From: Dehalococcoidia bacterium
Lineage (GTDB): Bacteria > Chloroflexota > Dehalococcoidia > Lucifugimonadales > UBA3495
Length of the DNA stretch: 64,000 bases
NCBI GenBank assembly: GCA_034422655.1
Contig: DAOUJN010000017.1
Location: 1,142 to 65,141 of the forward strand
Direction of reading: 5' to 3'
The notes beneath the pieces are model-generated. The model was given only the letters and a program-made list of their open reading frames with translations, was not told where the DNA came from and made no database searches. Below are positions 17,551-26,490 of the stretch, one piece after another. The translations under genes and the position numbers were made by a program. The first letter of the stretch is position 1, and every line of letters begins with the position of its first letter.

Positions 17551-17836
17551 CAGACTCTTTGGGTCCAGAACCCGGAATGACGTGCTGGCTGCCTCCGACG
17601 GCACCCGGAGCATCGCCAAGAACCGGCTTAACGCCGCGCTGAGCCGGGACAGGTATGACCTGCTGAGTCCTGCCATCATGGAGTCCCTGGAACGGGACGT
17701 GCTGGCTGCCGTATCGCGCCACCTGGAAGTGGACGGCGGTTTTCACGAACTGGAAATCCGGCGGCTGAACGAGTCCTTCTACCTGGTTGCCAGCGTTCGC
17801 ATACAGGCCATGCCCCGGTGGGCGGCCGTGAGTTAG
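17543..17836 (+). CDS. minE: Cell division topological specificity factor MinE
   Basis: SIAKNRL...LERDVLAAVSRHL; overlaps the minD stop. Confidence 0.85.
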   Translation: MLSRLFGSRTRNDVLAASDGTRSIAKNRLNAALSRDRYDLLSPAIMESLERDVLAAVSRHLEVDGGFHELEIRRLNESFYLVASVRIQAMPRWAAVS

Positions 17837-17900
17837 GTTGCCAACCCCACCCGGTTGCGTGGTCTTTCAACAAACTTTCACAAAGTATATAATCCGCCCA

Positions 17901-18048
17901 AATCCGGTGTATCTTCAACTGTTGTCTGGCAGCGTGGCCGAGCGGTTAACGGCAGGAATAGTCTTGGTATCTGACTGTACAAGCATAGTTCGGCGTCGCC
18001 ACGCATCTCGGACAGGGTCCCGGGCCCCATAACTCTCACATCCGGGGT
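17901..18048 (+). ncRNA. Candidate structured non-coding RNA (rod-like; 6S-like possibility)
   Basis: TATAAT at 17888-17893; nested pairings 17904-17910/18038-18045, 17923-17928/18009-18014 and 17932-17938/17998-18004. Confidence 0.4.
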
Positions 18049-18054
18049 GCAATC

Positions 18055-19335
18055 TTGGCAGGTGGACTTGGCGGCGCAGTAGCCACACCCTTCAATCGCT
18101 TCCTCCAGGCCCTGGAACACAAGGACTACCTGACCCTCTGGACGGCCAACCTGTGCGCCGGAGCGGCGGCCTGGGCCCTGATTGCCGCCCGGGCCGTGCT
18201 GGCCAACGACTTCACCGAACTTTACCTGTGGGTCGGCGTGGTTACCTTCGCCGCCATGATCCCCCGGGTCTTCTCCACCGTAATCACCGGGTTCCTGGCG
18301 GACCGTTTCAACCGCCAGACCGTCCTCCAGTGGACCTACACCCTCAACTTGGCCCACAACATCCTCCTGGCCGTGCTGGTGATGATCGGGCTGGCCAACA
18401 TCTGGTGGCTGGTGGGGTTGTCGCTCCTGAACGGCACCTTGCGGTCGGCGCAGATGACTACTACCCAGTCCCTGGTGCCCAACCTGGTGCCCCGGGCGGT
18501 CCTGCCCAACGCCATCGCCCTGAACGAGGCCACCCAGCAGGGCTCCCGTTTCGTTGGCGGAATGGTGGGATTCATGGTGGCCTTGTGGTTTGGCAACGAA
18601 CCGGTATTCTGGGCCTGCGCCGTGTTGTACGCCATGGGCCTGGTCCAGGTGGCCCGCATTGCCACCCGCTCCACCGGCAGGATGGATGCCAGTCGGGGTT
18701 TCTTCGGGAACCTGGCAGCCGGTTTCGCCTACGCCTACAGCCGTCCCCGCCTCCTGGCCATGATTCTGATAGTGCTGGGCCACTGTTCCCTGACCATGTC
18801 CTTTGAGTCGGTGTTGCCGGCCATATCAGAGGATAAACTGGGGGTGGACTCGGAGGGCGGCACCCAGTTGCTGATAATGGGGGTGGGCCTGGGCGCCATG
18901 TTCACCGCCATCTGGCTGGCCGGCATCCGTAGCGAAAAGACCCGTGGGTGGCTGTTTCTGGTTTTCGGCGTCAGCAGCGGCCTGGGCCCCATCATCCTGG
19001 CCCTGTCAACCGATGTCTGGGTGTCGCTGGGCGCGACCGTGATTATGGGAATGAACCAGGGCGGGTTCATGACCATAACCCATACCATCATCCAGTCCAT
19101 CGTGGATGATTCAGTGCGCGGTCGGGTGTCCGGGGTCTATTCCTTCCACGTGGGCGGGAGCATGGCCCTTGCCAACGGCATCAACGCCGGCCTGGTGGAC
19201 GTCTCCTTCCTGAATGCCCCGTTGATTCTGTCGGTGGGCGGGGCGGCTTTCGTGGTGGCAATGTGCGTAAGCCTGGCCAATCGGTCGCTGAGAGGAATCT
19301 ATTTCGCCCGACCTGCGGTGCCGGCCGCCGCTTAG
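18055..19335 (+). CDS. MFS transporter
   Basis: About 12 TM segments; GFLADRFNRQ (motif A) and VRGRVSG. Confidence 0.92.
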   Translation: MAGGLGGAVATPFNRFLQALEHKDYLTLWTANLCAGAAAWALIAARAVLANDFTELYLWVGVVTFAAMIPRVFSTVITGFLADRFNRQTVLQWTYTLNLAHNILLAVLVMIGLANIWWLVGLSLLNGTLRSAQMTTTQSLVPNLVPRAVLPNAIALNEATQQGSRFVGGMVGFMVALWFGNEPVFWACAVLYAMGLVQVARIATRSTGRMDASRGFFGNLAAGFAYAYSRPRLLAMILIVLGHCSLTMSFESVLPAISEDKLGVDSEGGTQLLIMGVGLGAMFTAIWLAGIRSEKTRGWLFLVFGVSSGLGPIILALSTDVWVSLGATVIMGMNQGGFMTITHTIIQSIVDDSVRGRVSGVYSFHVGGSMALANGINAGLVDVSFLNAPLILSVGGAAFVVAMCVSLANRSLRGIYFARPAVPAAA

Positions 19336-19556
19336 TTCCGGACCAGGAATGCGCCAGGGGTATCCGTGAGCGGCATTACCGCCTCTTCCCTTGGCGCTTT
19401 TTCTTGACCGCAGTTTCCGTTTACCTGGTGCGTTAAGTTTGTGAAATTCAGCGGCAACGAGCGTTCCCAATTCTCGCTCTATGTCGCCAATGCTAAAATC
19501 TGGGCCGGGCGCACGCATTGCGTCGCCCATCAAAAGTATGCACGGAGGGGACTGTC

Positions 19557-21875
19557 TTGACTCAATACCTGGCTGCCATGAGCGCTCGACGACCGATAAT
19601 CGTGATTGTGATCTGGGTGTTGGTGCTGTTGGTTAGCGGCGGCATCGTTGTTCGGCTCTTGGGCAGCGCTACCACTACCGACTTCAAACTGGCCGGCCGT
19701 TACGAGTCCCAACAGGCGGCGAAAATACTGGAGGAGGGGCTGAGGGGGCCGGCCAAGTCCCCGGAAATCGTAATTTTGCGGTCGGAAAATCTGACCGTGG
19801 ACGACCCCGCCTTTCGCGTCAGGGTGGAAGCCCTGCACCAGGAGATTACGGGCCTGGGCCCCGAGATTATATCCGGCGGGCTGGACGACCAGAACGTCTC
19901 AGATTTTCTACCCGACCTGGTGGCGGCGGGTATGCCGGACTCGCCAATTGCCCACTACTACCAGATAGCTGATGCCGGCCCCGCCCTGCCCCCGGGCCTG
20001 GCGGAGCAGATGCTCCCCATCCTGGTCTCGGCAGACCGCGATACGGTGATGATGCACTACACCCTGGCCGGGAGCGTGGAAGAGGCGATAGAGAACGTCC
20101 CCACCGTCATTCACGTAATCGAGGAAGCCAACCATGACGCCGGATTCGAGGTGCGCATCGGCGGCGACGCCAGCGTTGCCCATGAAAACAACGAACTGGC
20201 GGAGGAAGACCTGCAGAACGGCGAGAAGTTCGGCGTCCCGGTGGCCTTCCTGGTGTTGCTGGTGCTGTTCGGGGCGCTGGTCGCCACGCTGATACCCCTG
20301 GGATTGGCCGCGGTTTCCATAGCTGTCGCATTGGCCGCAGTTGCCGTCATCGGGCAGCAGTTCCCCCTGCTGTTCTTCGTCAACATCATGGTGGTGATGA
20401 TCGGCCTGGCGGTGGGCATCGACTACTCGCTGCTCATTGTCTTGCGGTTCAAGGAGGAGCTGAACCACGGTATACCCGTGCGGGAGGCAGTGGCGCGTAC
20501 CGGCAACACGGCCGGGCGCACCGTGTTCTTCAGCGGGGCAACGGTGGTGCTGGCCCTGGTGGGCCTGTTCATCGTTCCGTCGTCCTTCTACCAGTCGCTG
20601 GCCCTGGGCGCAATCCTGGTGGTGGTGGCTACGCTGGCGGCTACGCTGACCCTGCTGCCGGCGGTATTGGCATTGCTGGGGCATCGAGTGAACTTCCTGA
20701 CCATTCCCTTCCTTAACCGGTTTTCCCTGAAGGGAGCGGACACCTCCACCGGCGGGTTCTGGGACAAGATTACCCACATCGTCACTTGGCAGCCCGTCAT
20801 CAGCCTGCTGATTGTGGGCATCCCGATGCTGCTCCTGTCGTGGTTCTACCTGGACATCCGGACGGGCCTGAACGACGTCAACACCTTCCCCGACAAGGCG
20901 GATACCAAGAAGGCCTTCCTGCTGATGGAGGAGGAGTTTTCCTTTGGCGCGGTAACGCCGGCGGGATTCCTGAGCCCGGCCGAAATCGTGATTTCCGGCA
21001 ACATTGACTCCCCGCAAGTGCAGGAAGCCATTGGCAAGCTCCAGCAATCGCTGGTCGCCGACCCCACCTTCCCGCTGCCGCCCCAACCGCCGGTGGTGAA
21101 TGAGGGGCGGGATTTGGCCCTCCTGGTGCTGCCCTTCCCCGGCAAGTCAACCACCCCGGAGGCGGCGGACAACATGGCCATCCTGCGGGACCGGCACGTG
21201 GATGTCGCCTTCAGCGGGGTGCCCGTCGAAGTCTACGTGGGCGGCCTGACGGCGGAGGTGGCGGACTTCTACGGCATCGTGAGGGTGTATACGCCCATCG
21301 TATTCGCCTTCGTCCTGGGCCTGAGCTTCCTGATTCTGATGATGGTCTTCCGGTCAATAGTCATCCCGCTTAAAGCCATCATCATGAACCTGCTGTCCGT
21401 GGGGGCCACCTACGGCCTGCTGGTGCTGGTGTTCCAGAAGGGGTTTGGAGCGGACTTTTTCGGCTTCCAGCAGGCGGACGTAATTGATGCGTGGCTGCCC
21501 CTGTTCCTGTTCACCATCCTGTTCGGGCTGTCCATGGACTACCACGTCTTCCTGCTCAGCCGGATACGGGAGCGCTACGACGAAAGCGGAGACAATACGG
21601 AAGCGGTGGCCTATGGCCTCCGCTCCACCGCCGGACTGATAACCGGGGCGGCGCTGATTATGGTGGTAGTGTTCGGCGCCTTCGCTTCGGGCGAAACGGT
21701 GGTGAACCAGTTGATGGGCTTCGGCCTGGCCATAGCCGTGTTCCTGGACGCCACGTTGGTACGCTCGGTGCTGGTGCCCGCCAGCATGGAGGTGCTGGGC
21801 AAGGGCAACTGGTACCTGCCGCCCTTCCTGCGCTGGCTGCCCGACCTGCGGGTAGAGGGCGAAGAGGGTCATTAG
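19557..21875 (+). CDS. MMPL family (RND) membrane protein
   Basis: Two repeats with GLAVGIDYS and FGLSMDYHVFLLSRIRE; TTG 19557 after GGAGGGG. Confidence 0.93.
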   Translation: MTQYLAAMSARRPIIVIVIWVLVLLVSGGIVVRLLGSATTTDFKLAGRYESQQAAKILEEGLRGPAKSPEIVILRSENLTVDDPAFRVRVEALHQEITGLGPEIISGGLDDQNVSDFLPDLVAAGMPDSPIAHYYQIADAGPALPPGLAEQMLPILVSADRDTVMMHYTLAGSVEEAIENVPTVIHVIEEANHDAGFEVRIGGDASVAHENNELAEEDLQNGEKFGVPVAFLVLLVLFGALVATLIPLGLAAVSIAVALAAVAVIGQQFPLLFFVNIMVVMIGLAVGIDYSLLIVLRFKEELNHGIPVREAVARTGNTAGRTVFFSGATVVLALVGLFIVPSSFYQSLALGAILVVVATLAATLTLLPAVLALLGHRVNFLTIPFLNRFSLKGADTSTGGFWDKITHIVTWQPVISLLIVGIPMLLLSWFYLDIRTGLNDVNTFPDKADTKKAFLLMEEEFSFGAVTPAGFLSPAEIVISGNIDSPQVQEAIGKLQQSLVADPTFPLPPQPPVVNEGRDLALLVLPFPGKSTTPEAADNMAILRDRHVDVAFSGVPVEVYVGGLTAEVADFYGIVRVYTPIVFAFVLGLSFLILMMVFRSIVIPLKAIIMNLLSVGATYGLLVLVFQKGFGADFFGFQQADVIDAWLPLFLFTILFGLSMDYHVFLLSRIRERYDESGDNTEAVAYGLRSTAGLITGAALIMVVVFGAFASGETVVNQLMGFGLAIAVFLDATLVRSVLVPASMEVLGKGNWYLPPFLRWLPDLRVEGEEGH

Positions 21876-21925
21876 GGAGTCCAGACGACCCTGCCTGCTT
21901 TCACCGAGCCTGAGGAGGCCATTCA

Positions 21926-23254
21926 TTGACCGAAATCAAGAGCGAACTGGACCGCTACCTGGAAACGACGCCCCTTTCCCGGGCCAGGTGGGAAGAGGCA
22001 CGCGAGTACATGCCCGGCGGGGACAGCCGCAATTCCATTTTCTGGAAGCCCTACCCCATATTCATCACCGACGCTTCCGGCAGCCGGGTGACGGACGCGG
22101 ACGGCGTCCGGCGCATCGACTTCATCAACACCATGACCACCATGATCCTCGGTCACGCTCCGGAGGCGGTGGTCAACGCCGTCCGCCGGCAGCTGGACCG
22201 GGGATTCGGGTATAACGCGCCCAACGAGAAGCAGGTGGACCTGGCCCGGATCCTCTGCCAGCGTGTTCCCAGCTTTGACCTGGTCCGGTTTACCAATTCG
22301 GGCACCGAGGCAACCCTGAATACCCTGCGGGCGGCCCGGGCAGTCACCGGCCGCACCCGGTTCGCCAAGGTGGAAGGCGGCTACCACGGCACCCATGACG
22401 GCGTAACCGTCAGCGTCCGGGTTGACCCTTCCATCGCTGGCGACCCGGATAGCCCGGTTCCCGTGGCGGCCAGCGCCGGCCTGGCCCCCGGGGTGATGGA
22501 GCAGGTGGTAGTGGTCCCCTTCAACGACCCGGCCACGGCGGAAAAGATACTGCAAGAGAATGCGGATGACCTGGCGGCGGTAATCATTGAACCCGTGATG
22601 GGCTCGGTGGGCATGGTGCCGGCCCTGCCGGAATACCTGGCAATGCTCCGGGACTTCTGCGATTCCAATGGCAGCGTGCTGATTTTCGACGAGGTTATCA
22701 GCTACCGGGTTGCGCCCGGCGGGTCACAGGAATACTACGGCATCACGCCGGACATGACGGCCCTGGGCAAGATTATCGGGGGCGGCCTGCCGGTGGGTGC
22801 CTTTGGCGGTCGGCGGGACATCATGGAGCTTTACGACCCCACCACCGGGCCGACGGTGTCCCACGCCGGCACCTTTAACGCCAACCCCCTGACCATGCTG
22901 GCCGGTACGGTTACCATGGAAGAGTTGACGCCGGAGGTTTACCGGACCCTGGCGGAAATGACGGAACTTCTGAAGCAGGGAATCAGGGACGTTTGCGCCG
23001 AACTGGAAACGCCGGTGCGGGTAACCGGCCTGGGCTCGCTGTTCGGAATCCACTTCACCGAACGGGAGGTGCTGACCTACCGCGACATTGCCAGCGGCGA
23101 CTACGACCTCCGCGACAGGATGTTCCTCGGGTTGCTGAACGAAGGCATCCTGATGGCTTCCAACCTGGTGGGTTCGCTGTCCACCGCAACCTCGGAGCAG
23201 GATGTGGACGACTTCCTGGGCGCTTTCCGCAAAGCGCTGGCGAGGAACGTCTGA
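21926..23254 (+). CDS. Class III aminotransferase, glutamate-1-semialdehyde aminomutase-like
   Basis: PGGDSR, FTNSGTEA, GGYHG, FDEVIS, LGKIIGGG (PLP Lys), HAGTFNANP. Confidence 0.9.
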   Translation: MTEIKSELDRYLETTPLSRARWEEAREYMPGGDSRNSIFWKPYPIFITDASGSRVTDADGVRRIDFINTMTTMILGHAPEAVVNAVRRQLDRGFGYNAPNEKQVDLARILCQRVPSFDLVRFTNSGTEATLNTLRAARAVTGRTRFAKVEGGYHGTHDGVTVSVRVDPSIAGDPDSPVPVAASAGLAPGVMEQVVVVPFNDPATAEKILQENADDLAAVIIEPVMGSVGMVPALPEYLAMLRDFCDSNGSVLIFDEVISYRVAPGGSQEYYGITPDMTALGKIIGGGLPVGAFGGRRDIMELYDPTTGPTVSHAGTFNANPLTMLAGTVTMEELTPEVYRTLAEMTELLKQGIRDVCAELETPVRVTGLGSLFGIHFTEREVLTYRDIASGDYDLRDRMFLGLLNEGILMASNLVGSLSTATSEQDVDDFLGAFRKALARNV

Positions 23255-23287
23255 ACTGCGGCCGCAGTCCAGGTCAGTCGAGGAAGA

Positions 23288-23314
23288 GACGCCCCGCCAG
23301 CATGGCGGGGCGTC
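23288..23314. terminator. Perfect 12-bp hairpin between convergent genes
   Basis: GACGCCCCGCCA-GCA-TGGCGGGGCGTC. Confidence 0.6.
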
Positions 23315-23341
23315 CGGTTTATCGCCCATTCGTGGGGAAGC

Positions 23342-23671
23342 CTAATCTACCGGGGGCCGCTTTTCCCACTTCTCCGGGGCCGGGTAAACGGGGGTAGCTA
23401 CGTTCCGGCCGATTTCACCGTCGAACCAGTCGGCCACTTCGGACCGCCACTTGGTGTAGTGGGGCGCGGCGCGGTGGGCTTCCACTGCCGCCTCGTCCTC
23501 GTACACTTCGAACAGGTGGATGCGGTTCTCGTGCTCGTTGTCCTGCAGTACGTCGAAACGCAGGCAGCCCGGCTCATCGTTGTTGGAGCCGATGGCGTCA
23601 CCCATCATCGAAGCCATGAACTGTTCCTTGAAACCGGGTTTTATATTGATGGTCACCAGAAGCGCGATCAT
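23342..23671 (-). CDS. ABM-domain (putative quinol monooxygenase, LsrG-like) protein
   Basis: EPGCLRFDVLQD, FEVYEDEAAVEAHRAAPHY; ATG 23671 after GGAGG. Confidence 0.9.
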   Translation of the reverse strand: MIALLVTINIKPGFKEQFMASMMGDAIGSNNDEPGCLRFDVLQDNEHENRIHLFEVYEDEAAVEAHRAAPHYTKWRSEVADWFDGEIGRNVATPVYPAPEKWEKRPPVD

Positions 23672-23828
23672 TGTTCCTCCAGCCGAGTTTTTGGTCATCT
23701 GCCTTGTTGTTCGGAGCGGGTGGTCCAGCATTTAGCCGCGCCGCCCCGGAACAGGGCCATTATATCCGGGGCCCATGGGCAAAACAACCGGAACGGGACG
23801 ACCGCCGGCATTTGCGCGGCTCCCCATA

Positions 23829-23857
23829 ATGACAGGTCTTTTCTGCCGTTGTAGAAT
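23829..23857 (+). promoter_or_regulatory. SigA-type promoter upstream of the selenoprotein gene
   Basis: ATGACA-17 nt-TAGAAT. Confidence 0.5.
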
Positions 23858-23911
23858 GGCACAAACCCCACTGTCGGCCTGTCGGATATGGTGGGCGCAG
23901 GAGGCTACAGC

Positions 23912-24139
23912 ATGGCAGATATACCGGTGGTCTACACCCTGACCGTTTGACCGGCCTCCGACTGGTTGCGCGACGCGTGGCGTCGGCAGGGGATCCAGTA
24001 CGAGGAAAGGCGCGTGGACCAGAGCCAGGACACCCTGGACGAGGCGCTGAATTTCGGCGACACGGTGCCCATTATCGTGTACCCCGACGGGCGGGTGGAG
24101 ATAGGCTTCGAGGGGCACCACGGTTGAGAAATCGGTTAG
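23912..24139 (+). CDS. Glutaredoxin-like selenoprotein with two putative Sec codons (UXX-star-like)
   Basis: CAGGAGG RBS then ATG; reads MADIPVVYTLTV-U-PASDWLRDAWRRQGIQYEERRVDQSQDTLDEALNFGDTVPIIVYPDGRVEIGFEGHHG-U-EIG*; TGA at 23948-23950 and 24125-24127; glutaredoxin TVP and IGF motifs; missed by the ORF track. Confidence 0.85.
23971..23985 (+). promoter_or_regulatory. Candidate bacterial SECIS for the first UGA
   Basis: CGACGC-GTG-GCGTCG hairpin; G-initiated loop 26 nt after the TGA. Confidence 0.45.
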
Positions 24140-24155
24140 CGGCCGGTTGGCCGCT
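24138..24155 (+). promoter_or_regulatory. Candidate bacterial SECIS for the second UGA
   Basis: AGCGGCC-GGTT-GGCCGCT; loop starting with GG 17 nt after the TGA; no U-tract, so not a canonical terminator. Confidence 0.6.
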
Positions 24156-24215
24156 CAGGAATTGAGGTATCCCCGCACACGGAAAAAGACGGCTTGAAGG
24201 GACAGGAGGAAGGTT

Positions 24216-24803
24216 ATGGCTAGCAATACCAGCGTTGTTACCCCGCAGCGATTCGATGAGGGCTTCAGGTACGCCGATTACATGGCCCAGATAAACGTGA
24301 ACAAGGACCGGATGGACGGCTACTACGAGAAATTCAAGGTTACGCCGGAAAACGAGGCCTCCCTGAAGGAACTGGCAGCCAACCCCAACGGCCCCACCAA
24401 GATGCTGGTGCTGGGCGAAGACTGGTGCGGCGACGTGGTCCGCGGCCTGCCCGTCCTGGCCCGCATGGCGGAAGCCGCCGGCTGGGACATGCGGATTTTC
24501 CCTAGGGACCAGCACCACGACATCATGAACGAGTTCCTGAAGAACGGGCAGTGGATGTCCATTCCCACCGCCGTCTTCTATACCTCGGACCACCGCTACA
24601 TCCTGCACTGGATTGAGCGGCCCGAAGTAGCGGACCGCGAGCAGCAGGAAATTGAAGCCGCCATCCGCGCCGAGAACCCGGACATCAGCGACCAGGACTT
24701 TGGCCGCGAACGCCGGGCGCGCACCGCCGCCAAGGCCGAAGAATGGCAGCAGGCCACGGTGGAAGACATTATCGACAAGTTGCAGCAAGGCATTGCCGGG
24801 TAG
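24216..24803 (+). CDS. Thioredoxin-fold protein (Thioredoxin_9-like) with a single active-site Cys
   Basis: LVLGEDWCGDVVRGLPVL, IFPRDQHHDIM, SIPT cis-Pro loop. Confidence 0.85.
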   Translation: MASNTSVVTPQRFDEGFRYADYMAQINVNKDRMDGYYEKFKVTPENEASLKELAANPNGPTKMLVLGEDWCGDVVRGLPVLARMAEAAGWDMRIFPRDQHHDIMNEFLKNGQWMSIPTAVFYTSDHRYILHWIERPEVADREQQEIEAAIRAENPDISDQDFGRERRARTAAKAEEWQQATVEDIIDKLQQGIAG

Positions 24804-24868
24804 AATTGGAGAGCCGCAGCGCTCAACGCCGCGGCTCTTATCTCTACAAGTGAGGCACGACGATAAAC

Positions 24869-24897
24869 GTAGGGGCGGGCTTCAAACCCGCCCCTAC
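24869..24897. repeat. GTAG-type REP palindrome
   Basis: GTAGGGGCGGGCTTCAAACCCGCCCCTAC; near-identical copies at 40067 and 50883. Confidence 0.85.
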
Positions 24898-24954
24898 CGG
24901 TTTTAGCATCTCTTGCCTCTCGCGCCAGCAGCGCCGGGCATCAGGCGCGCTGGG

Positions 24955-25947
24955 TTAGCCCACTGCCAGGCCCCGCACTTCCTTTGCCTTTTCCGGAAGG
25001 TCGTAACTGTTCCAGGTGGCGCCGTCGTCAAATGACCCGAAAACCTGGCCGTCCCGCGCGGCGCAGAAGACGTGAGATGGCTCCCTGGCGTTGACCCTGA
25101 CGGCCATCATGGTGCTGTTGGCGGCAATGCCGGCGCCCACGGGCTCAAAGGTCTTGAACAGGTCCCGGCTGCGGTACAGGGCCCCCTGCCGGCTGCGGGC
25201 GGCGGCGCCTATGGACACGTAAAGCATGTTGGGGTCGTGGGGCGCGGCGTACAGGTCGCGCGTGTAGGTGATTTCCGAGAACTGGCCGAAGTCGATGGGA
25301 ATCCACTCGCTCCCGCGGTCCGGCCCGATGAAAGGGCCAACCCGGGTGGTGATGAACACGGTGTGGGGCGAAGCGGCGGTGCACTGGACGCCGTGCAGGT
25401 CCAGGGTGTCTTCGCTGGGTGCCAGCGAACCCGTGATGCTGTCCCACGTATCGCCGCCGTCGGTGGAGCGCATGACGCCGGCCACTTCCAGGGCGGCGTA
25501 CATCTCGTCCGGGAAGTTGGGGTCGGCGGTCAGGCCGATAACCCGGGTGGGGAAGGCCATGGTGACCTCGTCCCCGCCCATGGGCAGGTCCAGCTTGGTC
25601 CAGGAGTCCCCTCCGTTGGCGCTGCGGTAGAGTTCGCCCGGCGCCGTGCCGGCGTACATAACCTGGGGGTCTCGGGGACGGAACAGGAACGTCCAAACCG
25701 GCGGCGCCAGGGCCGGATAGTCCAGGCGTTCCCAGTGGTCGCCTCGGTCCGTGCTGCGGTAGGGGCCGTTCTGGGTGCCGGCGTATATTATTGACGGGTC
25801 GCTGGGGTGGACCGCAACGCCTGGCACGACGGGATTTTCCGGCAGACCGTTGGTAAGTTCCTCCCAGGTTTCGCCGCCGGGAGACAGGCGGTACAGGCCG
25901 CTGCTTTCAGCGCCCACGTAAACGTAGGTGTTCTGGTTGTCAGTCAC
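24955..25947 (-). CDS. BNR/Asp-box beta-propeller protein (VPS10/sialidase-like)
   Basis: Multiple S-x-D-x-G-x-x-W boxes (RSTDRGDHW, RSANGGDSW, RSTDGGDTW, SFDDGATW). Confidence 0.88.
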   Translation of the reverse strand: MTDNQNTYVYVGAESSGLYRLSPGGETWEELTNGLPENPVVPGVAVHPSDPSIIYAGTQNGPYRSTDRGDHWERLDYPALAPPVWTFLFRPRDPQVMYAGTAPGELYRSANGGDSWTKLDLPMGGDEVTMAFPTRVIGLTADPNFPDEMYAALEVAGVMRSTDGGDTWDSITGSLAPSEDTLDLHGVQCTAASPHTVFITTRVGPFIGPDRGSEWIPIDFGQFSEITYTRDLYAAPHDPNMLYVSIGAAARSRQGALYRSRDLFKTFEPVGAGIAANSTMMAVRVNAREPSHVFCAARDGQVFGSFDDGATWNSYDLPEKAKEVRGLAVG

Positions 25948-26067
25948 GGCAACATCTCCTTGTCAGTGTCCAGGGGAGTTTGAAGTTGCTGGTATTGCAA
26001 CAAATTGGCTGAGGGTTGTCAACTTGTAGCTGGGCAGCTAAGGCAATCGCATTTTGTGGCGGCCCTA

Positions 26068-26142
26068 ACCACAGAGGCACAGAGTACACGGAGATGCACA
26101 GAGCAACTCTGTGAAACTCTGCGTCCTCCGTGTCTCTGTGGT
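26068..26142. repeat. Inverted repeat built from ~9-nt periodic ACAGAG units
   Basis: ACCACAGAGGCACAGAGTACACGGAGATGCACAGAG...CTCTGTGAAACTCTGCGTCCTCCGTGTCTCTGTGGT; related copies at 43811 and 45632. Confidence 0.75.
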
Positions 26143-26208
26143 AAAAACCCCTCTTGCAAACAAGCGACGCAACGTAACGCGAAAATCCAGGTGCAATCAC
26201 CAATTCGC

Positions 26209-26457
26209 CTACTGTTCCACCAGTTCCACCGAGTACTGTTCAATCACCGGGTTGGCCAGCAGCTTTTCGCACATTTCGTTGGCGATGGACTCAGCCCGGG
26301 CGCGTTCCGTTTCGTCAATCTTGATTTCCAGGAACTTGCCCACGCGGACTTCCGCCACGGAGCCGTAGCCCATGTTATGCAGTCCGCCCAGGACGGTGAT
26401 GCCCTGGGGGTCGTTGACCGTGGGTTTCAGGGTGACGTACACCTTGGCCAGATACAA
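26209..26457 (-). CDS. purS: Phosphoribosylformylglycinamidine synthase subunit PurS
   Basis: VTLKPTVNDPQG, VRVGKFLEI, MCEKLLANPVIE. Confidence 0.96.
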   Translation of the reverse strand: MYLAKVYVTLKPTVNDPQGITVLGGLHNMGYGSVAEVRVGKFLEIKIDETERARAESIANEMCEKLLANPVIEQYSVELVEQ

Positions 26458-26490
26458 TTCAGCCGCCTGCCATGCCCATAGCCGGTACCC

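Noticed and set aside
17929-18004. tRNA-like D-arm (TG-GCCG-AGCGGTTAA-CGGC-A)
   Set aside because: No anticodon stem, T-arm or CCA can be completed; folded instead into the ncRNA candidate.
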